A DNA stretch of 64,000 nt, from NCBI GenBank assembly GCA_018897295.1, contig JAHILA010000014.1, positions 67,891 through 131,890 of the forward strand, in the 5' to 3' direction. The notes under the pieces are model-generated. The model did no database searches, had not been told where the DNA came from, and saw nothing but the letters and a program-made list of their open reading frames with translations. Shown here one piece after another: positions 28,754 to 38,338 of the stretch (position 1 is its first letter; each line of letters starts with the position of its first letter). The DNA is from Patescibacteria group bacterium. GTDB lineage: Bacteria; Patescibacteriota; Minisyncoccia; RBG-13-40-8-A. The translations under genes and the position numbers were made by a program.

Positions 28754-28797
28754 GAAGCTCTATTGGTTAGATAACCAACAGAGCTTCATTTTTTTAT
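28754..28797 (+). terminator. Rho-independent terminator after thyX
   Basis: GAAGCTCT-ATTGGTTAGATAACCAAC-AGAGCTTC hairpin followed by a T7 run. Confidence 0.7.
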
Positions 28798-28824
28798 TGT
28801 TTTGATATAAAATATAATTGAACT

Positions 28825-30288
28825 ATGAATAAGTATGAACCTACAATTGGGCTGGAGATTCACGTTGAATTAAAAACAAAGACAAAAATGTTTTGTTCTT
28901 GTTTGAACGACCCTCTGGAAAAAGAAGCAAATAAAAATATTTGTCCGATTTGTACTGCTCAGCCAGGGAGTTTGCCTGTTATTAACGAAGAAGCAATTTA
29001 CAGTGTAATAAAAGCAGGATTGGCTTTAAACTGCAAAATTGCAGAGAAAACTTGGTTTGAAAGAAAGAATTATTTTTACCCTGATTTGCCAAAAGGTTAT
29101 CAGATTACGCAATTTGAAGCTCCTTTATGTTTTAAGGGAGAATTGAATAATATTAAAATCAGGAGAATACATTTGGAAGAAGATACTGGAAGATTAATGC
29201 ATGACAAAGGCGATCTACCTGCCGGTAGGCAGGGATATTCTTTAGTTGATTATAATCGCGCTGGCATGCCTTTAATGGAACTAGTTACAGAGCCGGACAT
29301 CCATTCTGCTGAACAGACAAAGAATTTTGCCCAAGAATTGCAATTAATTTTAAGATATCTGGGAATTTCCGATGCTGATATGGAAAAGGGACAGATGCGC
29401 GTGGAAGCAAATATAAGTTTAAATATGGGCACAAAAGTTGAAGTGAAAAACCTTAATTCATTCAAGAGCGTTGAAAAAGCAATTGAATACGAGATTATCA
29501 GGCAGCAAAGGATTTTGGAAAAAGACGACCTGCCTGCCGGTAGGCAAGGTAAGGTAGAACATGAAACAAGAGGATGGAATGACGCGAAGCAGGAAACATT
29601 CTCCCAGAGAATAAAGGAAACATCTGATGATTATCGTTATTTCCCAGAGCCGGATTTGCCGCCACTAGACATTAAAGCTGAATTGATTAAGAAATTGCAG
29701 GCAGAAATTCCTGAGTTGCCGCAAGCAAGAAGGAAAAGATTTAAAAGAGAGTATAAATTACCAGAAAAAAGCGCAGAAGTATTGGTGAATTTTAAATATT
29801 TGGCTGATTTTTTCGAGCACGCAGTAAGCGAGCTTAATGCTTGGCTAAAGTCGGGCAAGATTAAAACCGATATCAATAGATTGATAATTTTAAGCTCCAA
29901 TTATATTATTACTGAGTTTCCAAAATTTGTTTCTACAAGTCGGGAGATTAAAATAACTGCGGAAAATTTTGCAGAATTGATTTATTTGACTTTTATCGGC
30001 GAGGTTTCCTCAAGCGGGACGCAGGAAGTTTTAAAAGAAATGTTTAGAACTGGCGCAGACCCTTCGCAAATTATTGAATCTAAAAACCTGAAGCAATTAA
30101 GCAAAGAAGGGGACTTGGATAAGATTGCGGAGAAAATAATAAAAAACAATCCCCAGCCAGTTGAGGATTACAAGCAAGGAAAGGAAACCGTATTGCAGTT
30201 TTTAGTTGGTCAGGCAATGCGCGAGACCAAAGGCAAAGCCAATCCCGAGATAGTTGCCAAGATATTGCGGGATATATTGACAAAATGA
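28825..30288 (+). CDS. gatB: Asp-tRNA(Asn)/Glu-tRNA(Gln) amidotransferase subunit B
   Basis: YEPTIGLEIHVELKTKTKMFCSC N-terminus and C-terminal GatB/YqeY domain; two in-frame LPAGRQG insertions. Confidence 0.9.
   Translation: MNKYEPTIGLEIHVELKTKTKMFCSCLNDPLEKEANKNICPICTAQPGSLPVINEEAIYSVIKAGLALNCKIAEKTWFERKNYFYPDLPKGYQITQFEAPLCFKGELNNIKIRRIHLEEDTGRLMHDKGDLPAGRQGYSLVDYNRAGMPLMELVTEPDIHSAEQTKNFAQELQLILRYLGISDADMEKGQMRVEANISLNMGTKVEVKNLNSFKSVEKAIEYEIIRQQRILEKDDLPAGRQGKVEHETRGWNDAKQETFSQRIKETSDDYRYFPEPDLPPLDIKAELIKKLQAEIPELPQARRKRFKREYKLPEKSAEVLVNFKYLADFFEHAVSELNAWLKSGKIKTDINRLIILSSNYIITEFPKFVSTSREIKITAENFAELIYLTFIGEVSSSGTQEVLKEMFRTGADPSQIIESKNLKQLSKEGDLDKIAEKIIKNNPQPVEDYKQGKETVLQFLVGQAMRETKGKANPEIVAKILRDILTK
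29215..29234. repeat. GC palindrome copy (CCTGCCGGTAGGCAGG) in gatB
   Basis: Encodes DLPAGRQGY. Confidence 0.6.
29527..29549. repeat. GC palindrome copy (CCTGCCTGCCGGTAGGCAAGG) in gatB
   Basis: Encodes DDLPAGRQGK, about 310 nt from the first copy. Confidence 0.6.
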
Positions 30289-30331
30289 TTTTTATAATAT
30301 ATAATAAGAGGATAATTATTAATAAAATTTT

Positions 30332-30700
30332 ATGTTTGAAACCATGGATAGAGATTTTAAAAGAAAACCTCCATTAACTCCCGAAGATAAGGCAAGAATA
30401 GCCAAAGAGCATGAATTGGCGAGAATCAACGAAGAAGCACAAATAACAACTGATTTTCAGAAAGGATCGGATATCGTTATAGAACAGGGAGAGGATATGA
30501 GGGTGGTGCGTGCAGAAAAAAAGGAAAAGGGTGAAAAAGTTCACGCCCTTGATGTTTTGTCTCAGGAAATACAGAACGAGATAATGGTTCAAGCCAGAGA
30601 AGAGTTGATGAAAGAAGCTTATTCTCCGCAAAAAATTGAAGAAATGGCCATGGATAGGGCCAGGAAAATCGCCAAAGAGGAATTCGGAAGCAAGGGCTAA
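30332..30700 (+). CDS. hypothetical charged/coiled-coil protein
   Basis: 122-aa ORF with no recognisable motif. Confidence 0.4.
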   Translation: MFETMDRDFKRKPPLTPEDKARIAKEHELARINEEAQITTDFQKGSDIVIEQGEDMRVVRAEKKEKGEKVHALDVLSQEIQNEIMVQAREELMKEAYSPQKIEEMAMDRARKIAKEEFGSKG

Positions 30701-30708
30701 AATTTTAT

Positions 30709-32580
30709 TCAGGCGAATTTTTTAAACCAGGTAAGCTGGCGCTTGGCATATTGAAGAGTATGGAGTTTAATCGTCTCGATGATTTGTTTTCTGTTCTCGG
30801 AGTTTTTCCATTCTGCGTAGCCAATAGTATTTTTCAATACTGTTGTCCAGCCATATTTTTTGACTAATTTATTCACTTCTTTTTCCAGCCCCATTTTAAT
30901 CATTTTATCAACCCTTTTATCTATTAATTTTTTCAGCTCTGCTGAAGATTTTTCAATTTTAATATACTGGACACTGAATCGGGGACTGCTTTTTAATTGA
31001 GGTATTGGTTTATTGGTTTTAATGATAATCTCCAACGCCCTGATTAATCTGCGTTTGTTTTTAGCATCAATATTTTTTGCTCGATTCGGGTCGAGTTTTT
31101 TTAATTGTTTAAATAATTCTTTCTCGGTTTTCTTTTCTAATTCTTTTCTTAATTTCCAATCAGGTTTAACTTCTGGAATTACTATTTCATTAACCATTGC
31201 CTGAATATAAAATCCAGTGCCGCCGCAAATAATCGGTGTTTTTCCTTGTTTATAAATTTTATCTATTGCTTGTAATGCCAATTTTTTGTACTCTGTGACA
31301 CTAATCTGTTTTTGGGGATTAGCAATATCTATTATATGGTGAGGGATGTCTTGCATTTCTTTCTTCGTGGTCTTGCCTGTGCCAATATCCATTCCTTTAT
31401 AAACTTGCCTTGAATCAGCTGAAATAATTTCACCATTTATTTTTTTAGCCAGTTTGATGGCAAAAGTGGATTTTCCCGAAGCAGTTGGTCCAATAATGAC
31501 AATCAGTTTAGGTTTTGTTTTGGTTAATTTATTTAAAACTCTCCACCTCCTTACCTTTTCTTTCCATAGGACATCGTCTTTAAATCTGCTGGCCAACGTT
31601 CCGGGCCTGGTTGAATATTTATTAATATAAGCCATGTCAAATCCGACTTTTTTGAATAATCCGACTGTATTCTCAAATTGTTTTTTTGTTTCGCCGGGAA
31701 AACCCACAATTACATCTGTGGTAATTTTTGCTTGAGGGATTTTTGCACGGATTTTTCTAATTAAATTAAGATATTTTTCTGTTGTGTATCCGCGATTCAT
31801 CTTTTTCAGAATTTCATTGTCTCCACTTTGAACCGGTAAATGGATTTCTTTGCTGATTTTTGGCGATTCAGTGATTACATCAATCAATTCTGCGGAGAAA
31901 TCTTTAGGATGGGAAGTAAGAAATTTTACTGTAAAATCACCCGGGATTCCGGAAATAAGTTTAAGCAATATTGGAAAAGTAGTTTTGCCACCCTGCGGGT
32001 GGTCAGCCGTGGGCTGATCTTTATATGAATTAACGTTTTGTCCGAGTAAAATAATCTCTTTATATCTATTTTTAATGAGATTTTTTATTTCAAAAATTAT
32101 ATTTTTTGTTGATCTTGAAACCTCTCTGCCGCGGGTGTAGGGGACTGCGCAGTAAGAGCAGAAATTGTTGCAGCCGGTCATTATGGGTACAAATGCTGAT
32201 TTTTGATTTGTCTGCCTCGCTGGCAGGCAGGCCTGCCTGCCAGCGAGGCAGGAGTATTTTGGTTTCATCTCCAGATATTTTTTCCCGAGAAATTCATTGA
32301 TTGATAAAATCTCGTTAAAGAAAGATTTAAATTTAGGTTTATCTGCCTTTAAAACGCAGCCAGTTAAAATTTTCTTTGCCTTGATTTTTGCAAATTTTTT
32401 CTTTAGGCCGAAGATTCTATCAATCGCGCTTTGTCGTATAGAGCAGGCGACAACTACTATCAGGTCAGCATTTTCCATTTTATCCGTATTCCTATAATTT
32501 CGTTGTTCTAAAAATGAAGCGATTCTCTCGGAATCGCTTTCATTCATTTGGCAGCCGAATGTTTTGATGTAATACCTCAT
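30709..32580 (-). CDS. bifunctional fusion: MiaB-like radical-SAM methylthiotransferase (N-terminal, no TRAM domain) plus tRNA dimethylallyltransferase MiaA (C-terminal)
   Basis: N-terminus MRYYIKTFGCQMNESDSE (MTTase N domain) and CNNFCSYCAVPYTRGRE radical SAM motif; C-half GPTASGKST P-loop and ADSRQVYKGMDIGTGK MiaA motifs. Confidence 0.75.
   Translation of the reverse strand: MRYYIKTFGCQMNESDSERIASFLEQRNYRNTDKMENADLIVVVACSIRQSAIDRIFGLKKKFAKIKAKKILTGCVLKADKPKFKSFFNEILSINEFLGKKYLEMKPKYSCLAGRQACLPARQTNQKSAFVPIMTGCNNFCSYCAVPYTRGREVSRSTKNIIFEIKNLIKNRYKEIILLGQNVNSYKDQPTADHPQGGKTTFPILLKLISGIPGDFTVKFLTSHPKDFSAELIDVITESPKISKEIHLPVQSGDNEILKKMNRGYTTEKYLNLIRKIRAKIPQAKITTDVIVGFPGETKKQFENTVGLFKKVGFDMAYINKYSTRPGTLASRFKDDVLWKEKVRRWRVLNKLTKTKPKLIVIIGPTASGKSTFAIKLAKKINGEIISADSRQVYKGMDIGTGKTTKKEMQDIPHHIIDIANPQKQISVTEYKKLALQAIDKIYKQGKTPIICGGTGFYIQAMVNEIVIPEVKPDWKLRKELEKKTEKELFKQLKKLDPNRAKNIDAKNKRRLIRALEIIIKTNKPIPQLKSSPRFSVQYIKIEKSSAELKKLIDKRVDKMIKMGLEKEVNKLVKKYGWTTVLKNTIGYAEWKNSENRKQIIETIKLHTLQYAKRQLTWFKKFA
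32212..32252. repeat. tandem inverted GC palindrome (perfect 41-nt palindrome) in frame in the miaB domain
   Basis: CTGCCTCGCTGGCAGGCAGG-C-CTGCCTGCCAGCGAGGCAG; encodes CLAGRQACLPARQ on the minus strand. Confidence 0.65.
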
Positions 32581-34298
32581 TTTATTTTCTTGATAAATCC
32601 TTCAATTTTCATCATTCCGATATCTCCTTTTTCTCTGGTTCTTACGCGAACAGATTTATTTTTTATTTCTTCATCTCCAACTACAAGCATATAAGGGATT
32701 TTTTGTATTTCTCCCTCGCGGATTTTTTTAGAAACAGTTTCGTTTTCATTCTTTACTTTAATTCTTAAACCATGAGTCATAAGTTTTTCTTTGATTTGCT
32801 CGGCATATTTCGCGTGGCGGTCTCCAATAGGAATAACATAAACCTGGATAGGGGAGAGCCAGAATGGCAAAGCACCAGCATAATTTTCAAGCAAAACCCC
32901 GATGAATCTTTCTATTGAACCAAGCAGGGCTCGATGAACCATATATGGCCTTTGTTTTTTGCCTTTGTCGTCAATATAAGTCAAATCAAATTTTTCCGGC
33001 AGATTAAAGTCAAACTGGACAGTAGTGCATTGCCATTCCCTTCCTAATGAATCTTTGATTTTGATATCAATTTTCGGCCCGTAAAAAACCCCTCCGCCTT
33101 TATCAACTTGGTATTTTAGATTCAATTTATTTAAGACATTTTTTAGAGTATTGGTTGCTTTTTCCCAATTCTTCGGAGTTCCTACATATTTTTCCGGCCG
33201 AGTAGCCAGATAAATATTATATTCTTTAAATCCAAATTCTTTTAGAAGTTTGATGCCGAATTTTACAGCAGCCATCATTTCATCAGCCAATTGGTCCGGG
33301 GTGCAGATTATGTGCGCATCATCCTGGGTAAATCCTCTGACTCGGGTCAAGCCATGCAGAACTCCGGAACGTTCAAACCTATAAACCGTACCGAGTTCTG
33401 CCCAGCGTACGGGCAAATCTCTGTAGCTTCGGCTTTTGGTCTTATAGATTTTCATGTGGAACGGGCAGTTCATCGGCTTGATTAAGTATTTATCGCCTTC
33501 AACTTGCATTGGGCCGAACATATTTTCTTTGTAAAAATCAGTATGGCCTGATGTTTGCCAGAGTTTTATCCGGCCGATATGGGGAGTGTCGATTATTTCA
33601 TAGCCGTTTTTTAGATGTTCATTAACCCAGTAATTTTCAATTACTCCCTTTAAAGCCGTTCCCTTAGGATGCCAGAGGATTAGTCCCGGTCCGACTTCTT
33701 CGTCAATGCTGAATAAATCCAGTTTTTGGCCGATTAAACGATGGTCGCGCTTTTCCGCTTCTTTGATTTGTTTCAGATAAGCATCCAACTCTCCTTTAGT
33801 ATTAAAAGCAATTCCGTAAATTCTTTGCAGCATGGGATTTTTTTCATCTCCGCGCCAATAAGCGCCAGCGATTTTTGTCAGCTTAAATGCATCAGGATTA
33901 ATTTCCTTTGTGGATTTTACGTGCGGGCCTTTGCATAAATCAGTAAAATCTCCGCTAATATAAATAGTTGCGTTTTTGCTGTCGAGGTCTTTTATAAGCT
34001 CCAATTTATATGGCTGGTTTTTGAATAATTTTATAGCTTGTGACTTGGGGACTAATTTTCTTTTGAATTCAATATTTTGTTTGATTAGCTCGCGCATTCT
34101 TTTTTCAATCTTCGGTAGATCTTCTGGAACTAAGGTCGCCCTCGCCTTCGCTCCGCGAGCTTCGGCGGGCAAATGGAAGTCGTAGTAAAATCCGTTCTCA
34201 ATTGTCGGGCCAATAGCAAATTTAGTTCCAGGAAATAATTCCTGAACTGCATATGCCATAATGTGGCTTATTGAATGTCGTATTGTATCAATTTTCAT
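32577..34298 (-). CDS. thrS: threonyl-tRNA synthetase
   Basis: TGS/editing N-region, class II core motifs, anticodon-binding C-domain; 4-bp overlaps with flanking genes. Confidence 0.9.
   Translation of the reverse strand: MKIDTIRHSISHIMAYAVQELFPGTKFAIGPTIENGFYYDFHLPAEARGAKARATLVPEDLPKIEKRMRELIKQNIEFKRKLVPKSQAIKLFKNQPYKLELIKDLDSKNATIYISGDFTDLCKGPHVKSTKEINPDAFKLTKIAGAYWRGDEKNPMLQRIYGIAFNTKGELDAYLKQIKEAEKRDHRLIGQKLDLFSIDEEVGPGLILWHPKGTALKGVIENYWVNEHLKNGYEIIDTPHIGRIKLWQTSGHTDFYKENMFGPMQVEGDKYLIKPMNCPFHMKIYKTKSRSYRDLPVRWAELGTVYRFERSGVLHGLTRVRGFTQDDAHIICTPDQLADEMMAAVKFGIKLLKEFGFKEYNIYLATRPEKYVGTPKNWEKATNTLKNVLNKLNLKYQVDKGGGVFYGPKIDIKIKDSLGREWQCTTVQFDFNLPEKFDLTYIDDKGKKQRPYMVHRALLGSIERFIGVLLENYAGALPFWLSPIQVYVIPIGDRHAKYAEQIKEKLMTHGLRIKVKNENETVSKKIREGEIQKIPYMLVVGDEEIKNKSVRVRTREKGDIGMMKIEGFIKKIK
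34135..34171. repeat. GC element copy in the thrS N-terminal region
   Basis: GCCCGCCGAAGCTCGCGGAGCGAAGGCGAGGGCGAC on the coding strand; encodes LPAEARGAKARATL. Confidence 0.5.
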
Positions 34299-37200
34299 AT
34301 AATTTCTTCTGCATTATCACAGAGGATTTTTAGTTGGTCGTCTTTATCAGTCAGGCGGCCCTCGACCAAGATGACTTTTCCTTCCTGCCAAATGGTCGGA
34401 TTTTTTTCCAAAATTGTGGCAAAGACCAAGATTTCTATCGCGCTGGTCAAGTCCTCCGCTTTTACAAACAGCATCGGCTTGCCGGATTTGGTAATAAATT
34501 TGGTAATCTTGATAATTACCCCTGCAATTTTAACTTTACTATCTTTTTTCTCTTTGAGCAAGTCCCTAATCTGGATTATTTTGCCTTTCAAGAAGCCTTC
34601 GTGGTTTTTAAGCGGATGGTCAGAGATATACATTCCCAGTAAATCTTTTTCCCATTGGATTTCCTCGCTTAACAATTTTCTTTTTCCATTGCCGTTTCCG
34701 TTAGTGAATAATAATTGGTTTTTATTTGTTATTAGTTCTTCGCCGAATAAGCTGGCTTGGCCGTTATCTTTTGTTTTTTGCGATTCTTTAGAGAATTCCA
34801 AGAGTTCCTCTAAATGTTCTAATAATTCTTTTCTTTGGGCAAGAGCATCGAATGCTCCTGCGCGGATTAAGTTTTCCAGAGATTTTTTATTGATAATTGC
34901 TGATTTCCCCGCTTGAGGAGTAAGGCGAGTGAGGAAACCAGCCATGGTTTGAAAATTTCCATTTTGCTTTCTTTCTTCAACAATTGCTGCCACAACATTA
35001 TGACCTACGTTTTTTATTGCTGCTAATCCGAAGCGAATTGATGGAGGCCCGCCTGCCGGCGAGGCAGGGACGAGCGTAAAATTATCAAAACTTTCATTGA
35101 TATCCGGAGCTAAAACCTGGATGCCCATTTTTTTCGCCTCATCAACTAAAATATTAATCCTATCCAGGTCTTTTTGGTCTGCCTGCATTAAAGCAGTGAT
35201 AAATTCCTCTGGATAATTCGCTTTTAAATAAGCTGTCTGGTAAGCAATTAGAGCATAACAGGTTGCATGAGAACGATTAAATCCATATTGGGCAAATGGC
35301 TCGATAGAATCCCATATTTTCTGTGCGATTTCTTTATCAATTCCGTTTTTCACCATGCCGTCAATCATTTTATCGGCCTGCTGTTCAAGTAGTTTTCTAA
35401 TTTTTTTGCCGACTGCTTTTCTCAAAACATCTGCTTCGGACATGGTAAATCCCGCTAAATCTTTTGCAATTTGCATCAGTTGTTCCTGGTAAACAGTAAT
35501 GCCGTAAGTATTTTTCAGGATTGGCTCGAGTTTCGGATGGACATATTTAATTTCTTTTTCTCCGTGTTTCCGGGCAATATAATCGGGAATCAAATCCATG
35601 GGTCCGGGCCGGTATAAAGAAATCATGACAATAATGTCTTCTAAGTCATTTGGTTTTAATTTCTGCAAATATTTTCTCATGCCGGAAGATTCCAATTGGA
35701 ATACCCCGACTGTATTTACTCTTTTGAAAAGTTCAAAGGTTTTTTTGTCGTCTAATGGTATATCATCAATATTAATTTTAATTCCCCGGAGTTTTTCAAT
35801 GAGATTTAAAGCTGTTTCAATAGTGGTTAGATTTTTTAAGCCGAGAAAATCCATTTTTAAGAGTCCAAGCGCTTCAATGCTGTGCATTTCATATTGAGTG
35901 ACAATAGAATTCTCGTCCTGCGGTGCAAATTGGCGCGGAGCATAAAAATCAATCGGATTTTTAGTGATTACAATTCCGCAGGCATGGGTTGAAGCATGGC
36001 GGGCAACGCCTTCTAATTTCGTAGCAATATCAATCAATATTTTTACCTGGTCATCAGTGTCGTAGGATTGGGAAAGTTCGGGAACCTTTTCTAGGGCTTC
36101 TTTTAATCCAAAGCCGAAAGGAATCATTTTAGCAATTTGGTCGCAGAAAGCATAGGTATAGCCGAGAGCTCTGCCAGTGTCTCTGATTGCAGCGCGGCTG
36201 GCCATTGTTCCAAAAGTAATAATTTGGGCAACGTGGTCAGCTCCGTATTTTTTTGCAACGTAATTAACAATTTCATTTCGTCTAATATCGGCAAAATCTA
36301 AATCAATATCAGGCATACTTATTCTTTCCGGATTAAGAAATCTTTCAAAAAGAAGTTTGTATTTCAGCGGGTCGACATTAGTGATATTTAAAAGATAAGA
36401 GACAATCGAACCTGCTGCTGAACCTCTTCCTGGCCCGACGACAATGTTGTTATTTTTTGCCCAATTAACTACGTCCTGGACAATCAGGAAGTACGAAGCG
36501 AAGCCGGTTTTTTCAATAACCCCCAATTCAAATTTCAGTTGTTTTTTTGCCTGGTTGAGATTTTCTCCAAAGTCTCTTTTGCGCAATCCTTTTTCGCATA
36601 ATTTTTTCAGATAAGAATTCGCTGTTTCGTCTTCAGGAAGAGGAAAGTGGGGAAGCTCGATTTTATCAAGCTCCAGTTTAAGGTTGCACATATCAGCGAT
36701 TTTCTGGGTGCTTTCAATCGCTTCCGGAATATTGCGAAATGCGCTAATCATTTCATCGGGCGGTTTCAGGGAATAATCTTCGCCTTTCATAGTCATTCTG
36801 TTTTTTTCACCAACAGTGCGGTTGGTCTGGACGCAAAGCAGAACATCGTGCACATCAGCATCTTCTTTGTTTAAATAATGAACATCATTAGTGGCAACCA
36901 ATGGCAAATTTGTTTCTTTTGCTAGTTTGACAATCTTTTCATTCAGACGGACCTGGTTTAAATCATTCGGATGGTCCATTATTTCAAGATAAAAATTGTC
37001 CTTGCCGAAAAGTTTTGAATATTCTAAGGTAAGTTTTTTTGCTTTGGCAATGTCGTCAGCCAGAAGCGCGGACGGAATTTCTCCTTGCGGACAGGCGGTC
37101 AGAGCAATCAGTCCCTCGTGATACTCTTTCAAAATTTCTTTGTCGATTCTCGGCTTATAATAAAAACCCTCAAGATGGGCTTTGGTTACGAGTTTGATTA

Positions 37201-37510
37201 AATTATGATAGCCGGTTTTGTCTTTTGCCAATAAGATTAAATGATATCTGATATCGGATTTGCCTGCGGTTTTGTCAAAGCGGCTTCCTGGTACGAGATA
37301 GGTTTCAACGCCGATAATCGGTTTTATACCGGCAGAAGTTGCTTTTTTATAAAATTCAACCACGCCGTACATTGTGCCGTGGTCAGTAAGAGCCAAGGAA
37401 TCCATTCCTGTTGCCTTGGCTTTTTCAATTAGTTCATCAATTTTTGCCAATCCGTCCAAAAGCGAATAATGACTATGAACGTGTAAGTGTGTAAACTTTT
37501 GTTCCGCCAT
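34295..37510 (-). CDS. dnaE: DNA polymerase III alpha subunit
   Basis: PHP domain N-terminus HLHVHSHYSLLDG, polymerase core, GPGRGSAAGS, OB-fold C-terminus. Confidence 0.9.
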   Translation of the reverse strand: MAEQKFTHLHVHSHYSLLDGLAKIDELIEKAKATGMDSLALTDHGTMYGVVEFYKKATSAGIKPIIGVETYLVPGSRFDKTAGKSDIRYHLILLAKDKTGYHNLIKLVTKAHLEGFYYKPRIDKEILKEYHEGLIALTACPQGEIPSALLADDIAKAKKLTLEYSKLFGKDNFYLEIMDHPNDLNQVRLNEKIVKLAKETNLPLVATNDVHYLNKEDADVHDVLLCVQTNRTVGEKNRMTMKGEDYSLKPPDEMISAFRNIPEAIESTQKIADMCNLKLELDKIELPHFPLPEDETANSYLKKLCEKGLRKRDFGENLNQAKKQLKFELGVIEKTGFASYFLIVQDVVNWAKNNNIVVGPGRGSAAGSIVSYLLNITNVDPLKYKLLFERFLNPERISMPDIDLDFADIRRNEIVNYVAKKYGADHVAQIITFGTMASRAAIRDTGRALGYTYAFCDQIAKMIPFGFGLKEALEKVPELSQSYDTDDQVKILIDIATKLEGVARHASTHACGIVITKNPIDFYAPRQFAPQDENSIVTQYEMHSIEALGLLKMDFLGLKNLTTIETALNLIEKLRGIKINIDDIPLDDKKTFELFKRVNTVGVFQLESSGMRKYLQKLKPNDLEDIIVMISLYRPGPMDLIPDYIARKHGEKEIKYVHPKLEPILKNTYGITVYQEQLMQIAKDLAGFTMSEADVLRKAVGKKIRKLLEQQADKMIDGMVKNGIDKEIAQKIWDSIEPFAQYGFNRSHATCYALIAYQTAYLKANYPEEFITALMQADQKDLDRINILVDEAKKMGIQVLAPDINESFDNFTLVPASPAGGPPSIRFGLAAIKNVGHNVVAAIVEERKQNGNFQTMAGFLTRLTPQAGKSAIINKKSLENLIRAGAFDALAQRKELLEHLEELLEFSKESQKTKDNGQASLFGEELITNKNQLLFTNGNGNGKRKLLSEEIQWEKDLLGMYISDHPLKNHEGFLKGKIIQIRDLLKEKKDSKVKIAGVIIKITKFITKSGKPMLFVKAEDLTSAIEILVFATILEKNPTIWQEGKVILVEGRLTDKDDQLKILCDNAEEII
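35045..35077. repeat. GC palindrome copy (CCTGCCGGCGAGGCAGG) in dnaE
   Basis: Encodes PASPAGGPPS on the minus strand. Confidence 0.55.
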
Positions 37511-37573
37511 GAACTTATTATATCACAAGATAAATTTGCATTTAAATTTTTTTTCTGATATATTGAAATCAAT

Positions 37574-37888
37574 ATGCCAGTACCAAAACAAAGACATACC
37601 AAAAGCAGAAGAAATAGGCGAAGATCTCATCTTAAATTAAAGAAGAGAACTTTAGGTAGCTGTCCGAAATGTGGAGAGCCGATTTTGCCGCATCATATCT
37701 GCGCTTTTTGCGGATTTTATAATGGTGTAGAAAGAATTGATGTTCTGGCGAAATTAGAGAAGAAAGCCAAGAAGAAAAAGGAAAAAGAACTAAAAGAACA
37801 CGAAGGAGAAGTTAAAGAAACAGCAAAAGCCATGCCTACCGGCAGGCAGGTCAAACCATTAAGTTTAGAAGAATTGTCTAAAAAATAA
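37574..37888 (+). CDS. rpmF: 50S ribosomal protein L32 with a long K/E-rich C-terminal extension
   Basis: [22 protein letters not shown] and CPKCG...CAFCG zinc ribbon; 104 aa versus about 60 typical. Confidence 0.85.
   Translation: MPVPKQRHTKSRRNRRRSHLKLKKRTLGSCPKCGEPILPHHICAFCGFYNGVERIDVLAKLEKKAKKKKEKELKEHEGEVKETAKAMPTGRQVKPLSLEELSKK
37834..37850. repeat. GC palindrome copy (CCTACCGGCAGGCAGG) in the rpmF tail
   Basis: Encodes MPTGRQV. Confidence 0.5.
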
Positions 37889-37889
37889 T

Positions 37890-38333
37890 ATGTCTTCAAG
37901 GCACATTGCTCGCTCAATAGTCTTGCAATCTTTATACGAACTGGATTTCAACTTCGCCCGTGGGCGAGACAAGCAAGAGAAAAATCTTAATATTGATAAA
38001 GTTATTGAAAGAAACAAACAGGAATTTGGGTTAGGAATTGAAGAAAATGAATTCATAAATAATTTGGCGCACGGGGTTTTAGAGCATCAATCACAGATTG
38101 ATGATATTATTACTAAGTCAGCTCCAGAATGGCCTTTGAACCAGATTACTATTGTTGACAGGAATGTGCTGAGAATCGGGATTTATGAATTATTGTTCGG
38201 CGATAAAGAGCAAGTTCCGCCGAAAGTGGCAATTAATGAAGCAATTGAATTAGCCAAAGGTTATGGCGGGGACAGCTCTGGCAGATTTGTAAATGGAGTT
38301 TTGGGGACGATTTTTAGAGAAATGAATAAATAA
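37890..38333 (+). CDS. nusB: transcription antitermination factor NusB
   Basis: [14 protein letters not shown] and [26 protein letters not shown] NusB motifs. Confidence 0.8.
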   Translation: MSSRHIARSIVLQSLYELDFNFARGRDKQEKNLNIDKVIERNKQEFGLGIEENEFINNLAHGVLEHQSQIDDIITKSAPEWPLNQITIVDRNVLRIGIYELLFGDKEQVPPKVAINEAIELAKGYGGDSSGRFVNGVLGTIFREMNK

Positions 38334-38338
38334 TATTT

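Noticed and set aside
34275-34916. 213-aa plus-strand ORF and other plus-strand ORFs (35598-35897, 36647-36874, 37241-37432) inside dnaE
   Set aside because: Antisense to a well-supported dnaE; no SD, odd low-complexity composition; typical shadow ORFs of an AT-rich gene.
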